In this document: one piece after another, positions 19,841 to 30,090 of the stretch
Layout: each line of letters starts with the position of its first letter
How positions within the stretch are numbered: position 1 is the stretch's first letter
From: a bacterium
GTDB lineage: Bacteria > Patescibacteriota > Minisyncoccia > Phycocordibacterales > UBA6899
NCBI GenBank assembly: GCA_021851895.1
Contig: JAJZQJ010000007.1
Location: forward strand, 6,618-70,617
Direction of reading: 5' to 3'
DNA length: 64,000 nucleotides
Notes under the pieces: generated by a model
The model's database searches: none
The model's input: only the letters and a program-made list of their open reading frames with translations
What the model was told of the DNA's origin: nothing
Program-made: the position numbers and the translations under genes

Positions 19841-21244
19841 TTATGGCTTAATGAGACGCAAGCCTAATTCTGTGATTTGCTCGACGGGGACCTCTGATGG
19901 AGACTCTGTCATAAGCTCACGGCCTTCGCCGTTCTTTGCAAATGCAATGACTTCGCGAATGTTTGGCTCATTCTGCAGGATAGCCATCAAGCGGTCGAGT
20001 CCCCATGCAATTCCACCGTGCGGAGGAGTTCCAAAGGAGAATGCTTCGAGCATGTGGCCGAAGTTCTGATCGATCTTCTCGTCCGAGTGGCCCATGATCT
20101 GTAATACACGACGCAGCGCATCTGGATTATGATTTCGAATACTTCCACCACCTATTTCAAATCCATTGAGTGCGATATCGTACTGCGTTGTGAGAATATC
20201 ACCGATATGCTCTTTATTCATGAGCCATTCTCGATGCTCAGGCTTCGCTGCGCTGAACGGATTGTGCGTGAATGTCCAGCCACCTTCGTCTGTCTTCTCG
20301 AAGAATGGGAAATCAACCACCCAGCAAAATGCGAGAAGATCGGAATCATTCTTATCCTCTCTGATGTCCGGCTTATCTGAATTATACTTCTCCATCGCTT
20401 CCTTATAGGAAAGACGAGGGAAAGGAATTTGCTGTATACGCTTATTCGGATAGAGCTCCTTTACGATCGCGATCAATAGGCGCTCATTGAGCTCCATGAC
20501 ATCTTCCTGCTCCACGAAACTCAATTCCATATCAAGCTGCGTAAACTCAGGCTGGCGATCACCGCGGAGATCCTCATCGCGCATACAGCGCGCAAACTGG
20601 AAATAGCGCTCAAAACCTGAGGCCATCAACAGCTGCTTATACTGCTGTGGTGACTGTGGGAGTGCATAGAACTTACCAGGATTGATACGTGACGGTACGA
20701 GATAGTCGCGAGAGCCTTCAGGCGTTGATTTCGTGAGTATCGGAGTCTCGATCTCAAGAAAATTCTCCTTCGAAAGAAAATTCCTACAGAAGAGTTCGAC
20801 TTCATGACGCATTCTGAAGTTCTTCTGCAGTCGCGGTCTTCGAAGATCGAGGTAACGATAACGCAGACGGATCTCTTCATTGATATCATCGCCCGCACCA
20901 CGAATATCAAATGGCGGTGTCACTGACTCATTAAGGACTTCGATAGAGAGGAGCTCAACCTCGAGCATGCCGTTCTGTTCATCCTTATTCACGTTCTTTT
21001 CTGGTCGAGCATTCACCTTTCCGTGTATGGAGAGTACCCACTCTGAGCGCACCTTCTCGGCAACTGCATGCGCCTCCTTATTGAACGGCAATGCGACAGC
21101 CTGCACCTTTCCCGAGACATCACGTACGTCGATGAAAATGAGCTTGCCTTGGTCACGACGAACATCAACCCATCCATTGATGAGCACTTCTTCACCGATA
21201 TGTTTTTCGAGATCTTTTATGAGGATTCTTTTCATGTTGTTCAT
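19841..21244 (-). CDS. aspS: Aspartate-tRNA ligase (short, lacks GAD insertion)
   Basis: RL.YRYLDLRR, ALPQSPQ, C.RDEDLR.DRQPEFTQ, PPHGG.A.GLDR. Confidence 0.96.
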   Translation of the reverse strand: MNNMKRILIKDLEKHIGEEVLINGWVDVRRDQGKLIFIDVRDVSGKVQAVALPFNKEAHAVAEKVRSEWVLSIHGKVNARPEKNVNKDEQNGMLEVELLSIEVLNESVTPPFDIRGAGDDINEEIRLRYRYLDLRRPRLQKNFRMRHEVELFCRNFLSKENFLEIETPILTKSTPEGSRDYLVPSRINPGKFYALPQSPQQYKQLLMASGFERYFQFARCMRDEDLRGDRQPEFTQLDMELSFVEQEDVMELNERLLIAIVKELYPNKRIQQIPFPRLSYKEAMEKYNSDKPDIREDKNDSDLLAFCWVVDFPFFEKTDEGGWTFTHNPFSAAKPEHREWLMNKEHIGDILTTQYDIALNGFEIGGGSIRNHNPDALRRVLQIMGHSDEKIDQNFGHMLEAFSFGTPPHGGIAWGLDRLMAILQNEPNIREVIAFAKNGEGRELMTESPSEVPVEQITELGLRLIKP

Positions 21245-21246
21245 CT

Positions 21247-22260
21247 TTATCCGAAATAATTTATGTGCATGTGCGACTTCACGTGAGCAAGCACCTTCAC
21301 CGCCTCCTTGCGGGCATCTGCACTTCCCTTCTTGAGGATTGCGAGTACTGCAGCGGGGTCCTTCTCGAGCTCAGCACGTCGAGCACGGATAGGATCAAGT
21401 AATGTGTTCAATACGCCGATCAAGCGACGCTTGAGGACAACATCGCCAAGACCTCCCTTTTTATATTGTTTCTTAAGCTCGGCCACCTCTGACTTATTCG
21501 GATCAAAGATGTCGAGATAGGAGAACACGACATTCCCTTTCACTTCTCCCGGATCTGAAACATGGATATGCATGGGGTCGGTATACATCAGCATCACTTT
21601 ACGCTCGAGCTCTTTTGCAGAGTCTGAAAGGTAAATCGCATTATTGAGCGACTTACTCATCTTCGCATTGCCGTCGATACCCATGAGCCTACCATGTGTT
21701 CCCGTAATTCCTTTTATGCGAGCGAATGTCTGACCATAGATCCTATTGAAGGTATCGATGATCTCATTTGCCTGCTCAAGGACAGGAAGCTGGTCTTCCC
21801 CAACAGGTACACGCGATGCATTGAATGCGAGAATGTCTGCAGCTTGAGAGATAGGGTATGCGAGGAAACCAACAGGGATGCTTTCACCAAATCCACGCTG
21901 CTTGATCTCCGTCTTTACCGTAGGATTTTGCTTCAAGCGAGAAACAGTAACGAGATTCTGAAAATACATTGCGAGTTCTGCGATCTCAGGGACCTGAGAC
22001 TGGATAAACATCGTCGTCTTCTTGGGATCAATTCCACATGCGAGATTATCGATAGCTACCTCGAGGACATTGTCACTCACTTTCTTTGGGTCGTGTGCAT
22101 TATCAGTCAGCGCCTGCGCATCTGCGATCATATAGAAAAATGGAGCATCTTCTTTTTGCAGCTCGAGTCGATTCTGGATAGAGCCCACAAAATGCCCCAA
22201 ATGGAGCCTCCCCGTCGGTCGATCACCGGTCAAAATAGTGCCTTTTTCTTGGGCTTTCAT
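21247..22260 (-). CDS. trpS: Tryptophan-tRNA ligase
   Basis: TGDRPTG.LHLGH, YP.SQAADI, VPVGEDQ, KMSKS. Confidence 0.97.
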   Translation of the reverse strand: MKAQEKGTILTGDRPTGRLHLGHFVGSIQNRLELQKEDAPFFYMIADAQALTDNAHDPKKVSDNVLEVAIDNLACGIDPKKTTMFIQSQVPEIAELAMYFQNLVTVSRLKQNPTVKTEIKQRGFGESIPVGFLAYPISQAADILAFNASRVPVGEDQLPVLEQANEIIDTFNRIYGQTFARIKGITGTHGRLMGIDGNAKMSKSLNNAIYLSDSAKELERKVMLMYTDPMHIHVSDPGEVKGNVVFSYLDIFDPNKSEVAELKKQYKKGGLGDVVLKRRLIGVLNTLLDPIRARRAELEKDPAAVLAILKKGSADARKEAVKVLAHVKSHMHINYFG

Positions 22261-22319
22261 AGAGCAATACTAACAAAAAAACATATTTCCGTCTAATGAA
22301 AAACGGCAGACATAGGGTG

Positions 22320-23378
22320 CTATGTCGCCGCCTTTTCCGTATCCATTGCCTGCTTCGGAATGACCTCAGCAGGCCTGATCGCCGTCGGACTTCCCTCTGC
22401 AGGAAGCTCAATGCTGAAGATCGCACCCTTGCCGGGACCCTCGGAATCTATCCAGATCCTCCCGCGCATACCAAGGATCAATTTCTTCGCTATATAAAGC
22501 CCAAGACCAGAACCATCGGCGAATTGCTTCACTCCGCGCTCTCCGCGCTGGAACTTTGCAAAAAGCATGCGGATATCATCATGCGCGATGCCTATGCCTG
22601 TATCCTCAACTGCAATAACAACGGAATTTCTATCTCCCGTCTTTATGCGTACGGTAACACTCCCCTGAGGAGTGTAGTTCAAGGCGTTATCGATGATATT
22701 GTGAAGCACTTCACGCAACTTCTGCTCATCAGCAAGTGCAGTGTATGGCAGCTCGCGAGGCACAACATCAAGCGAAAGTTTAAGATTCTTCTGATTCGCC
22801 CGATCGATGAACTCTTCAACGAGATCATGAAGGAGGTTTACCGTATCGACCGGTGTGATGTCATAGACGATATCATTCTGTTCGATACGAGTAATACGAA
22901 GCAATTCATTGACGAGGTTCGTAAGACGCATCGAAGACTGATGCGCTCTTGTTATCGGCATATTCAGCTCGATAGGCACATGCCCATAAGCCTGCTCGAG
23001 GATCATCGAGAGATAGCCGGTCAGTGCAGTCAGCGGCGTGCGCAACTGATGCGATGCGATAGACATGAATTCGCTCTTATGCTCACTCGCAATGCGGAGT
23101 TGCTCATTGCTTCGTGCGAGCTCCCAATTCTTGTTCGAGAGATTTTTGGAGAGGTCACGAAGACGCTGCTCATCGCTCGTAACCTTCGCGAGCGTATGAC
23201 GCACAAGCACGATGACAATGGGCATGGTGAGCAAGAAAGAAAGGCTCAACAAACGCACATTCTCATCGCTCGTAACAAAAAAGATCATAGCGCCGATCAT
23301 CACTTGAAGTAGGAGGATGCCGATCATTCCGCGCGTGAATATTCCCATGAGGAATATTATAACACACGTAACAGTCAT
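22320..23378 (-). CDS. Sensor histidine kinase (HisKA + HATPase_c)
   Basis: SHQLRTPL H-box, N.IDNA..Y, DTG.GI, GSGLGL, G.G..F; N-terminal TMs. Confidence 0.93.
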   Translation of the reverse strand: MTVTCVIIFLMGIFTRGMIGILLLQVMIGAMIFFVTSDENVRLLSLSFLLTMPIVIVLVRHTLAKVTSDEQRLRDLSKNLSNKNWELARSNEQLRIASEHKSEFMSIASHQLRTPLTALTGYLSMILEQAYGHVPIELNMPITRAHQSSMRLTNLVNELLRITRIEQNDIVYDITPVDTVNLLHDLVEEFIDRANQKNLKLSLDVVPRELPYTALADEQKLREVLHNIIDNALNYTPQGSVTVRIKTGDRNSVVIAVEDTGIGIAHDDIRMLFAKFQRGERGVKQFADGSGLGLYIAKKLILGMRGRIWIDSEGPGKGAIFSIELPAEGSPTAIRPAEVIPKQAMDTEKAAT

Positions 23379-23503
23379 GAGTCCTCAACTCAAGTCTTGA
23401 GCCATGGGTCATGAGTCATGAGAATTAATTCCATGCAGGAGAAAAGAAAAATGCAACGTATTGTTGCATTTTTCTCATGACTCATGACTTAAACTCATGA
23501 CTC
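23373..23503. repeat. Degenerate heptamer repeats (GTCATGA-type) flanking the dnaJ terminator
   Basis: GTCATGA units at 23374-23421 and CTCATGA units at 23474-23503 flank the hairpin AGAAAAATGCAAC/GTTGCATTTTTCT. Confidence 0.7.
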
Positions 23504-23507
23504 TATA

Positions 23508-24572
23508 TTAGAATCCTTCGTGTTCGAGGTCCTTCAGCAACTCTTTCGCCTTCTTGCTCGGCTTTCCAGGGATTGCAAATGCCACCTTGATCAAAACATC
23601 ACCGGACTTGCCTCCGCGTTTTATACCAGGTATGCCCTTTTCTCTCATACGCAATATCGTACCGGGAGCAGTGCGCTCAGGAACGTCGATCGTGAGCATT
23701 TCGCCCTTTACTGACTGTAATTCCTTCTGTGCGCCGAGGACGGCCTCAGTGAGCCGTATAGGGAGATCGGCAACAAGATCATCACCCTCTCTCCTCCAAA
23801 TCTTGTGTGATTGTACATGGACAGTGATATAGAGATCACCGGGGACACCGTGCGGCACAGACTCACCGCGACCAGACATACGCAAGGTTTCTCCATCACG
23901 TACACCTGCTGGTATTGGAATGACGATCTCCTCTTCACGCTTCACCACACCCTCACCGACACAATCTTTACACTTCTCTTCTGGTATCTTTCCCGTGCCA
24001 TCACATTCTCTACAAATAACTTGCGACTGTATCGCGCCAAGTATCGTTTGCTGCAAGTGTACCGTCTTACCCTTACCGCCACAGGCATGACAAGTCTTTG
24101 ACTTCGTTCCTGGTTTTGCACCAGTACCACTACAGGTCAAACAGGTTGCATGCTTACGCAACTTCGTCGTCTTGGTGACTCCATAGACTGACTCTGCAAA
24201 TGACATCTGAATATCGATCTGAATATCTCTACCCTGCGGTGTACGCTGGCGGCGCCCGCCTCCGAAGATATCGCCAAAGATATCACCCATGTCAAAGCCG
24301 CCCTGCTGAAAGCCAGAGAAGTCGAATCCACCGAAACCGCCTGCGCCGCTAAATCCTGCGTTCGCATCAGCGCTCCCGAACTGGTCATAACGACTGCGCT
24401 TTTCATCATCAGAGAGTACCTGATATGCCTCGTTCACTTCCTTGAACTTCGCCTCGTCGCCAGTCTTCTTGTCAGGGTGATATTGATGAGCCAACTTATA
24501 GAAAGCCTTCTTGATCTCATCTTTCGATGCACCTTTTTCCACCCCAAGTACTTGATAGTAATCCTTTGACAT
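23508..24572 (-). CDS. dnaJ: Chaperone DnaJ
   Basis: J-domain HPD, G/F region, four CxxCxGxG repeats. Confidence 0.98.
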   Translation of the reverse strand: MSKDYYQVLGVEKGASKDEIKKAFYKLAHQYHPDKKTGDEAKFKEVNEAYQVLSDDEKRSRYDQFGSADANAGFSGAGGFGGFDFSGFQQGGFDMGDIFGDIFGGGRRQRTPQGRDIQIDIQMSFAESVYGVTKTTKLRKHATCLTCSGTGAKPGTKSKTCHACGGKGKTVHLQQTILGAIQSQVICRECDGTGKIPEEKCKDCVGEGVVKREEEIVIPIPAGVRDGETLRMSGRGESVPHGVPGDLYITVHVQSHKIWRREGDDLVADLPIRLTEAVLGAQKELQSVKGEMLTIDVPERTAPGTILRMREKGIPGIKRGGKSGDVLIKVAFAIPGKPSKKAKELLKDLEHEGF

Positions 24573-24591
24573 AGTTTATATTCGTATGCGT

Positions 24592-24619
24592 ATTATATGT
24601 ATATTCTTTGAAAAATCAA
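24592..24619 (-). promoter_or_regulatory. Sigma70-like promoter for dnaJ
   Basis: Minus strand TTGATT-16 nt-TATAAT, about 20 nt before the ATG. Confidence 0.6.
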
Positions 24620-24630
24620 TGCGTGTATCA

Positions 24631-25089
24631 TTACGCCTTCACTCGCGCAGCCCGCAGTGGTGCACAGACCTGCTCTCTATATAGAGAATAGTGCATGTAT
24701 CGCTCTGCAGCATGAGGATGGGTATCTCGGAGTGATTCGTAGCAGAGTGTAATAAGCAGCGCCGTGGTTATTTCCTTTCGCCCTTTTTCATTGATATGCG
24801 CGATGATCTCCATTGCGACGTCTCTTGCAAGCAATGCTTGGTCTCCGTGATCAGAATCCTTACCTTTCTCAAATGCATAAACAAGTGCGGTGAGCAACTT
24901 TTCGTAGACAAATCGCTGTCGCTTACCGCTGCGCTTCACAATAAACAGATTATTGCCGAGCGACGTTTCTTCCGTAGTGAAACGCATTCCGCACTCCGAA
25001 CATTCACGCCTACGCCAGATACACCCGGGTACATTTGAGCGCGAGTTCACTACCGACGTCTCAGCATTTTTACAATATATGCATTTCAT
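24631..25089 (-). CDS. nrdR: NrdR-family regulator (Zn ribbon + ATP cone), divergent C-terminus
   Basis: MKC.YC..T.V..SR..RRREC..CG.RFTT.E followed by ATP cone IVKRSG.RQ.F..KL. Confidence 0.8.
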   Translation of the reverse strand: MKCIYCKNAETSVVNSRSNVPGCIWRRRECSECGMRFTTEETSLGNNLFIVKRSGKRQRFVYEKLLTALVYAFEKGKDSDHGDQALLARDVAMEIIAHINEKGRKEITTALLITLCYESLRDTHPHAAERYMHYSLYREQVCAPLRAARVKA

Positions 25090-25245
25090 GACAATATATG
25101 ATACTTTTATGATAAAAATATTAACGATAATGTCAACATATCGTCCTATATTGATAGTAAAACTTGTGTTGCCATGACATGAAAATATTGTTTAGTCAAT
25201 GGTATTTGTTATGATGCATACAGATGTACATCATAAGGAGCAACT

Positions 25246-26118
25246 ATGGCTTGCATCGAGAAGATCTACAGCGTCTCCGCACTCGTCGGAAGGGGTGCCT
25301 GTAACGGCAACTGCGAATTCTGTGCCGGAAAGTACCTGCGCCCAGATGCGAAAAGCGGCGACCCGGCCTTCCTTCGCAACCTCGAGTCCGCAATCAAACT
25401 ATCGGCTCGTCACGGCGGATGGTCACTCTCGCTCACATCAAGCGGAGAGCCGACCGTTAGCCCCGATGACGTCACCGATGCACTCCGCATCTATGATAAG
25501 TGTGCACGCCAAGGAGCATACTTTCCGAACGTGAATCTTTTCACAAATGGAATCCTCCTCGGCGATGCCACTTTCTGTGACAAATGGCTGCCGCTGTGGA
25601 AGGAGCTTGGACTCACAAATGTCGCACTCTCCATCCACTCAGTTGATAGGAAAGAGCAGGCGGATGCGTACGGCCTTGATCGCTACCCGAGTTTTATAGA
25701 TATTGCAGAGAATGTTCGGAAGCATGGTGTCGGTGTTCGGGCAACACTTCTCCTGCGCAAAGGCGGAGTTGATGACGGACTCAAATATGAGCATAGTGTT
25801 CGTCATCTCATTGAGTGTTGTAATATCACCAACATCACCTCCTGGCCCATCGGCAATCCTGACGGAACTCCAAGTGAATTCACTCCCAGCGATGACAACC
25901 TGAATGACATTCGCGCCTGGCTCACACGGCATACGAAGCTCTGCCACGGTCATGTTTGGGGTGGTGGCGTCTTTGATTACAACGGAAGCATCCTCAGGCT
26001 GACTGACTACGTCACCAAGCATGACCCGGACAAAGACTTCGTGCGACAACTCGTTGTCTTCCAAGATGGTACGGTTGCGTACTCGTGGATCAAGGAAGGT
26101 GCGCTCTGCATGAAATGA
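25246..26118 (+). CDS. Radical SAM protein, function unknown
   Basis: CxxxCxxC (CNGNCEFC), SGEPT, FTNG, LSIHS; AAGGAG SD upstream. Confidence 0.9.
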   Translation: MACIEKIYSVSALVGRGACNGNCEFCAGKYLRPDAKSGDPAFLRNLESAIKLSARHGGWSLSLTSSGEPTVSPDDVTDALRIYDKCARQGAYFPNVNLFTNGILLGDATFCDKWLPLWKELGLTNVALSIHSVDRKEQADAYGLDRYPSFIDIAENVRKHGVGVRATLLLRKGGVDDGLKYEHSVRHLIECCNITNITSWPIGNPDGTPSEFTPSDDNLNDIRAWLTRHTKLCHGHVWGGGVFDYNGSILRLTDYVTKHDPDKDFVRQLVVFQDGTVAYSWIKEGALCMK

Positions 26119-26157
26119 TGACCATCTGACCTTCAGAAGCAGAACACAGGAGATCAG

Positions 26158-26547
26158 ATGTCGTATAATGCACAACGGAATAAGATCATCGATAGATACG
26201 ACACTCGGATACAGAACCTTCGAATCAAGAAGGCTGAGGCGCTAAAAGTACTTCATGAGAGAATGGTCTCCAAATCATCTGAAAGCGCGATCGCATGCGA
26301 ATATTGCTCCACATCCTCACTCGCACCGCTTTGGGAATTCCACTTTGAGTATGAATATAGCGAATGCGCATCGCGCATAGCGCACAGCGAACCGGTCGGC
26401 GGATGGGTACCCAAAACCATGCTACTGGGTATGCTTGCATGCCCATCGTGCAAAAGAAAGAGTGTGCTCGTCGAACATCCACAGCGTGACCATATCTTGG
26501 AGATCCTCCAGTGGACGATGGTCATCAAGAAGATGGAAAGAAACTGA
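26158..26547 (+). CDS. Hypothetical protein with two CxxC pairs (possible Zn finger)
   Basis: CEYC..CPSC; CAGGAG SD; follows the radical SAM gene. Confidence 0.65.
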   Translation: MSYNAQRNKIIDRYDTRIQNLRIKKAEALKVLHERMVSKSSESAIACEYCSTSSLAPLWEFHFEYEYSECASRIAHSEPVGGWVPKTMLLGMLACPSCKRKSVLVEHPQRDHILEILQWTMVIKKMERN

Positions 26548-26627
26548 ACGATGACATAACCCTATTTCATACCAAAAAACCGAAGCGCAGGCTTCGGTTT
26601 TATCATGATCGCATGACACCGCAGGAC

Positions 26628-27140
26628 TTAGGTGTTAACCGCACCGAGATCTCTCACGCCCGATGACTTGCTCTCAGCGCAAGGAGCAACGCCACGCGGA
26701 ATGACGAACACACAAGACTCATCATCGATCCCCAAGAAAAGAATGTATGGCCGCCACCTCGATTCAATCTCCCTATCATATATCGTGACACGCGCCACCA
26801 TATCGTCATTATAACGCAGATGGCAGTGGAGACACGGAACCGAATCACTGAGCACACCATTTCGTGCCTCGTATCTGAACCTCCAAAATGGAGGAATGCG
26901 TGCTCCTTCATGATGCTCGAGAAAGACCTCTTCACCACTCTCACTATGCTGAAATCTGACGAGCCTGAATGTACCGCGAATCTTCGTTGAATAGGTAGCG
27001 AATCTCGGAAGGACGTTCATCGCGATGAAGCCGCCGAAGAGCACACCTGAGATCGCGCCGATCATCGCGGTGAAAAGAACGGAATGAGGATCTGGGGCGA
27101 ATACTTCACCTGTAATGAAACCGAGGAGTAAACAAAGCAA
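26628..27140 (-). CDS. Hypothetical membrane protein
   Basis: Two N-terminal hydrophobic helices; start uncertain (TTG). Confidence 0.6.
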   Translation of the reverse strand: MLCLLLGFITGEVFAPDPHSVLFTAMIGAISGVLFGGFIAMNVLPRFATYSTKIRGTFRLVRFQHSESGEEVFLEHHEGARIPPFWRFRYEARNGVLSDSVPCLHCHLRYNDDMVARVTIYDREIESRWRPYILFLGIDDESCVFVIPRGVAPCAESKSSGVRDLGAVNT

Positions 27141-27358
27141 AACGTGAACATGTTCATTCCTTTTGGAAGACTGATGATATACTGCAATTAAAATATCACA
27201 CTGTCAATGAGTCGCATTTTTGAAAAACATAAGCTCATAGGACTTATGTCTTCATTGAATATGACGAAGCGAGTTTTTCGGTCATCTTCACGTGCGCGGA
27301 CTTGGCTATCGGGAAAACAAAACCTCATCCGCAGATGAGGTCATGGTGCGTGCGCCAC

Positions 27359-27517
27359 TCAGTCACTGTGGCGCAGGTCCTTCTTGTGTTTCTTCTTCCG
27401 CTGCGGTTGATTGCGGCGCGTCCTGTGTGCACCGACCCCCGAACCACTGATGAGCTTCTCGAAGAGCTCACCAGGCATGCGGCCCATCACGGGCTTCTTG
27501 ATCTTCTTGGTCGCCAT
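27359..27517 (-). CDS. Small basic protein (52 aa), possibly ArfA-like or ribosome-binding
   Basis: TTGACA-17-TATTGT promoter, AGGAGG SD, sequence MATKKIKK..GSGVGAHRTRRNQPQRKKKHKK, downstream terminator. Confidence 0.7.
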   Translation of the reverse strand: MATKKIKKPVMGRMPGELFEKLISGSGVGAHRTRRNQPQRKKKHKKDLRHSD

Positions 27518-27607
27518 CGCGTACCTCCTGTAAATACAATACAATAATATTTTTAATTTGTCAATTAAACAGAAAACACCACAATGTGGTGTTTTCATAC
27601 TGACTCG

Positions 27608-29482
27608 CTAGATATCGCGAACATTATCCGCTCCGGCTGCACCATCCTCCTTTGGAGTCGTTCCCGCCTCCTCAGTAGACTGCTGCTTTGCCATCGCTTC
27701 TCCAATTGCGCTCATGGCTGCACCGAGATCCTCGGTTGCCTTCCTGATCGCTTCCTGGTCCGCACCATCCTTCACCTGCTTGAGTGCCTCCATCTTCTCC
27801 TCGACAGACTTCTTGATGTCCTCGGGGATCTTTCCTTCATTTTCCTTGATCGACTTCTCTGCGGTGTAGAGTGCTGACTCTGCGGTGTTCTTCACCTCAA
27901 CTGCTTCACGCTTCTTCTTATCCTCTTCTGCGTGGAGCTCTGCCTCTTTGGTCATACGTTCGATATCGGCGTCAGAAAGTGTTGAACGTGACTCGATGCG
28001 GATCGTTTGCTCCTTGCCCGAAGTCTTGTCCTTCGCTTTCACGTTGAGGATACCATCAACGTTGACGTCGAAAGTGACTTCGATCTGCGGAATGCCGCGT
28101 GGTGATGGTGGAATACCATCGAGGATGAAACGACCAAGCGTCTTGTTGTCCGCCGCCATCGGTCGCTCTCCCTGAACGATATGTATTTCAACAGATGTTT
28201 GATTATCTGCTGCAGTTGAGAATATCTGAGACTTGCTTGCAGGGATCGTAGTATTCTTCTCGATGAGCTTCGTCGCAATGTTTCCGAGCGTCTCCAAGCC
28301 GAGTGACAACGGAATCACATCGAGCAAGAGAACGTCATGAACATCTCCCTGGAGAATACCACCCTGGATTGCAGCACCAACGGCGACAACTTCATCAGGA
28401 TTCACCGACATGTTTATCTTCTTACCGAAGAAATCCTCAACGGCCTTCTGTATTGCGGGCATGCGTGTCTGGCCTCCCACCATGACGATCTCATGGATCT
28501 CACTCATAGGGAACGGAGCTGCGTCGATCGCACGCTTCGTGATCATCATCGCTCGATCGATGAACTCACGTGAGAGCTCCTCGAGCTTCGCACGGGTCAT
28601 CTTTATGACGAGGTGACGTGGACCATTTGCATCAGAAGTGATGAATGGGAGGTTGACCTCGGTCTCAACCGCAGTCGACAATTCGATCTTCGCCTTCTCT
28701 GCTGCCTCATCGAGACGCTGCTTTGCAAGTGCATCATTGCGTACATCGATACCTGACTCCTTCTTGAATTCCTCAGCAAGGAAATTGATGATGCGCTGAT
28801 CGATGTCCTTACCACCCAAGTGCGCGTCACCATCAGTAGACTTCACCTCGATGACATCCTCACCAACCTCAAGTACAGAGATATCGAACGTACCACCTCC
28901 GAAGTCGAACACTGCGATCTTCTCGTTCTTCTTCTTATTGAAGCCGTATGCGAGTGCCGCAGCGGTAGGCTCATTGATGATGCGCTTCACATCAAGACCT
29001 GCGATCTTACCGGCGTCACGTGTTGCCTGACGCTGTGCGTCATTGAAATATGCGGGCACTGTGATGACTGCCTCGGTGATCTTCTCACCAAGCTTTGCCT
29101 CTGCATCTGCCTTCATCTTCTGAATGAGCATCGCGGAGATCGCCTCTGGCGTATGCCAATCATTGCCCATCTTCACTTCGATGCCACCATTCTCTGCTTT
29201 ACGCATCTCAAATGGAACCATCGTCTTATCCTTCTGTGTTGCAGGCTCATCAAATGAGTGGCCAATGAATCGCTTGATCTGATAGATCGTATTCTGAGGA
29301 TTCGTCACTGCCTGACGCTTCGCAGGGAGACCAATGACACGCTCACCGGTCTTTGAAAGCGCGATGATAGATGGGGTCGTACGAGCACCCTCTGCGTTTT
29401 CGACGATTCGAGGCTCGCCACCTTCAACAATAGCAAAAGCCGAGTTCGTCGTACCCAAGTCAATTCCAAGAATCTTTGCCAT
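27608..29482 (-). CDS. dnaK: Chaperone DnaK
   Basis: [35 protein letters not shown]. Confidence 0.99.
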   Translation of the reverse strand: MAKILGIDLGTTNSAFAIVEGGEPRIVENAEGARTTPSIIALSKTGERVIGLPAKRQAVTNPQNTIYQIKRFIGHSFDEPATQKDKTMVPFEMRKAENGGIEVKMGNDWHTPEAISAMLIQKMKADAEAKLGEKITEAVITVPAYFNDAQRQATRDAGKIAGLDVKRIINEPTAAALAYGFNKKKNEKIAVFDFGGGTFDISVLEVGEDVIEVKSTDGDAHLGGKDIDQRIINFLAEEFKKESGIDVRNDALAKQRLDEAAEKAKIELSTAVETEVNLPFITSDANGPRHLVIKMTRAKLEELSREFIDRAMMITKRAIDAAPFPMSEIHEIVMVGGQTRMPAIQKAVEDFFGKKINMSVNPDEVVAVGAAIQGGILQGDVHDVLLLDVIPLSLGLETLGNIATKLIEKNTTIPASKSQIFSTAADNQTSVEIHIVQGERPMAADNKTLGRFILDGIPPSPRGIPQIEVTFDVNVDGILNVKAKDKTSGKEQTIRIESRSTLSDADIERMTKEAELHAEEDKKKREAVEVKNTAESALYTAEKSIKENEGKIPEDIKKSVEEKMEALKQVKDGADQEAIRKATEDLGAAMSAIGEAMAKQQSTEEAGTTPKEDGAAGADNVRDI

Positions 29483-29618
29483 AATCTTTAAAAATAATTT
29501 ACAATTTTAAGAAATCAGAGACCATACAGTCCGGTCAGCTGATTTCATTTCTAATGGCAACATTATTGCAAAATATTGAATTTATGCAATACTAAGATAT
29601 ATTAATATATTTTATTAT

Positions 29619-29843
29619 ATGCCAATAATCACTGTCCCATTAGAGAACGATCTCTTCGCATTCGTCGAGGAGGAGATTCGCGAAGGAAATGCGGAAACAA
29701 AAACGCAGGTGATTCGACAAGCGCTACGCAGACTACGAGAAGAGCGTGCATTCAATCGCCTACGAGAAGCTGAATCGGACATTCGTGAAGGCCGCCTCAT
29801 ACAAGGTGACCTCCGTGCATTGATCGATAAGCTCCCTGAATGA
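29619..29843 (+). CDS. Ribbon-helix-helix antitoxin (ParD/CopG-like)
   Basis: ITV.L..L..FV..I..G..KT.VIR.ALR RHH pattern; 1 nt before the toxin gene. Confidence 0.75.
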   Translation: MPIITVPLENDLFAFVEEEIREGNAETKTQVIRQALRRLREERAFNRLREAESDIREGRLIQGDLRALIDKLPE

Positions 29844-29844
29844 T

Positions 29845-30090
29845 ATGCGACTACACTATACCGAGCGTTTTTTGAGAACCGTAAAAAAATTACCCAAGAA
29901 CGTCATCGATGACACACTGAAAGCGATAGCGCACCTTCAGCATCCATCGGCGAGAGATCCATTGCATGTCTATCCCCTCGAAGGTAGACTGCGCGGTCTC
30001 TCTTCGCTCACTATCGATTTCGAATATCAGGCGATCGTCATCATGAACGAAGGAGGAATAATTTTTCTGGATGTCGCTCACCGCACGTAA
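29845..30090 (+). CDS. RelE/YafQ-like type II toxin
   Basis: Y..RF.R..KKL..L..YPL.G.L.G..S..I..Y..I..F.DV..H RelE-fold pattern. Confidence 0.75.
   Translation: MRLHYTERFLRTVKKLPKNVIDDTLKAIAHLQHPSARDPLHVYPLEGRLRGLSSLTIDFEYQAIVIMNEGGIIFLDVAHRT

Noticed and set aside
24585-24616. dif-like site (TGTATA core)
   Set aside because: The arms match XerC/XerD consensus poorly; the sequence is better explained as the dnaJ promoter.
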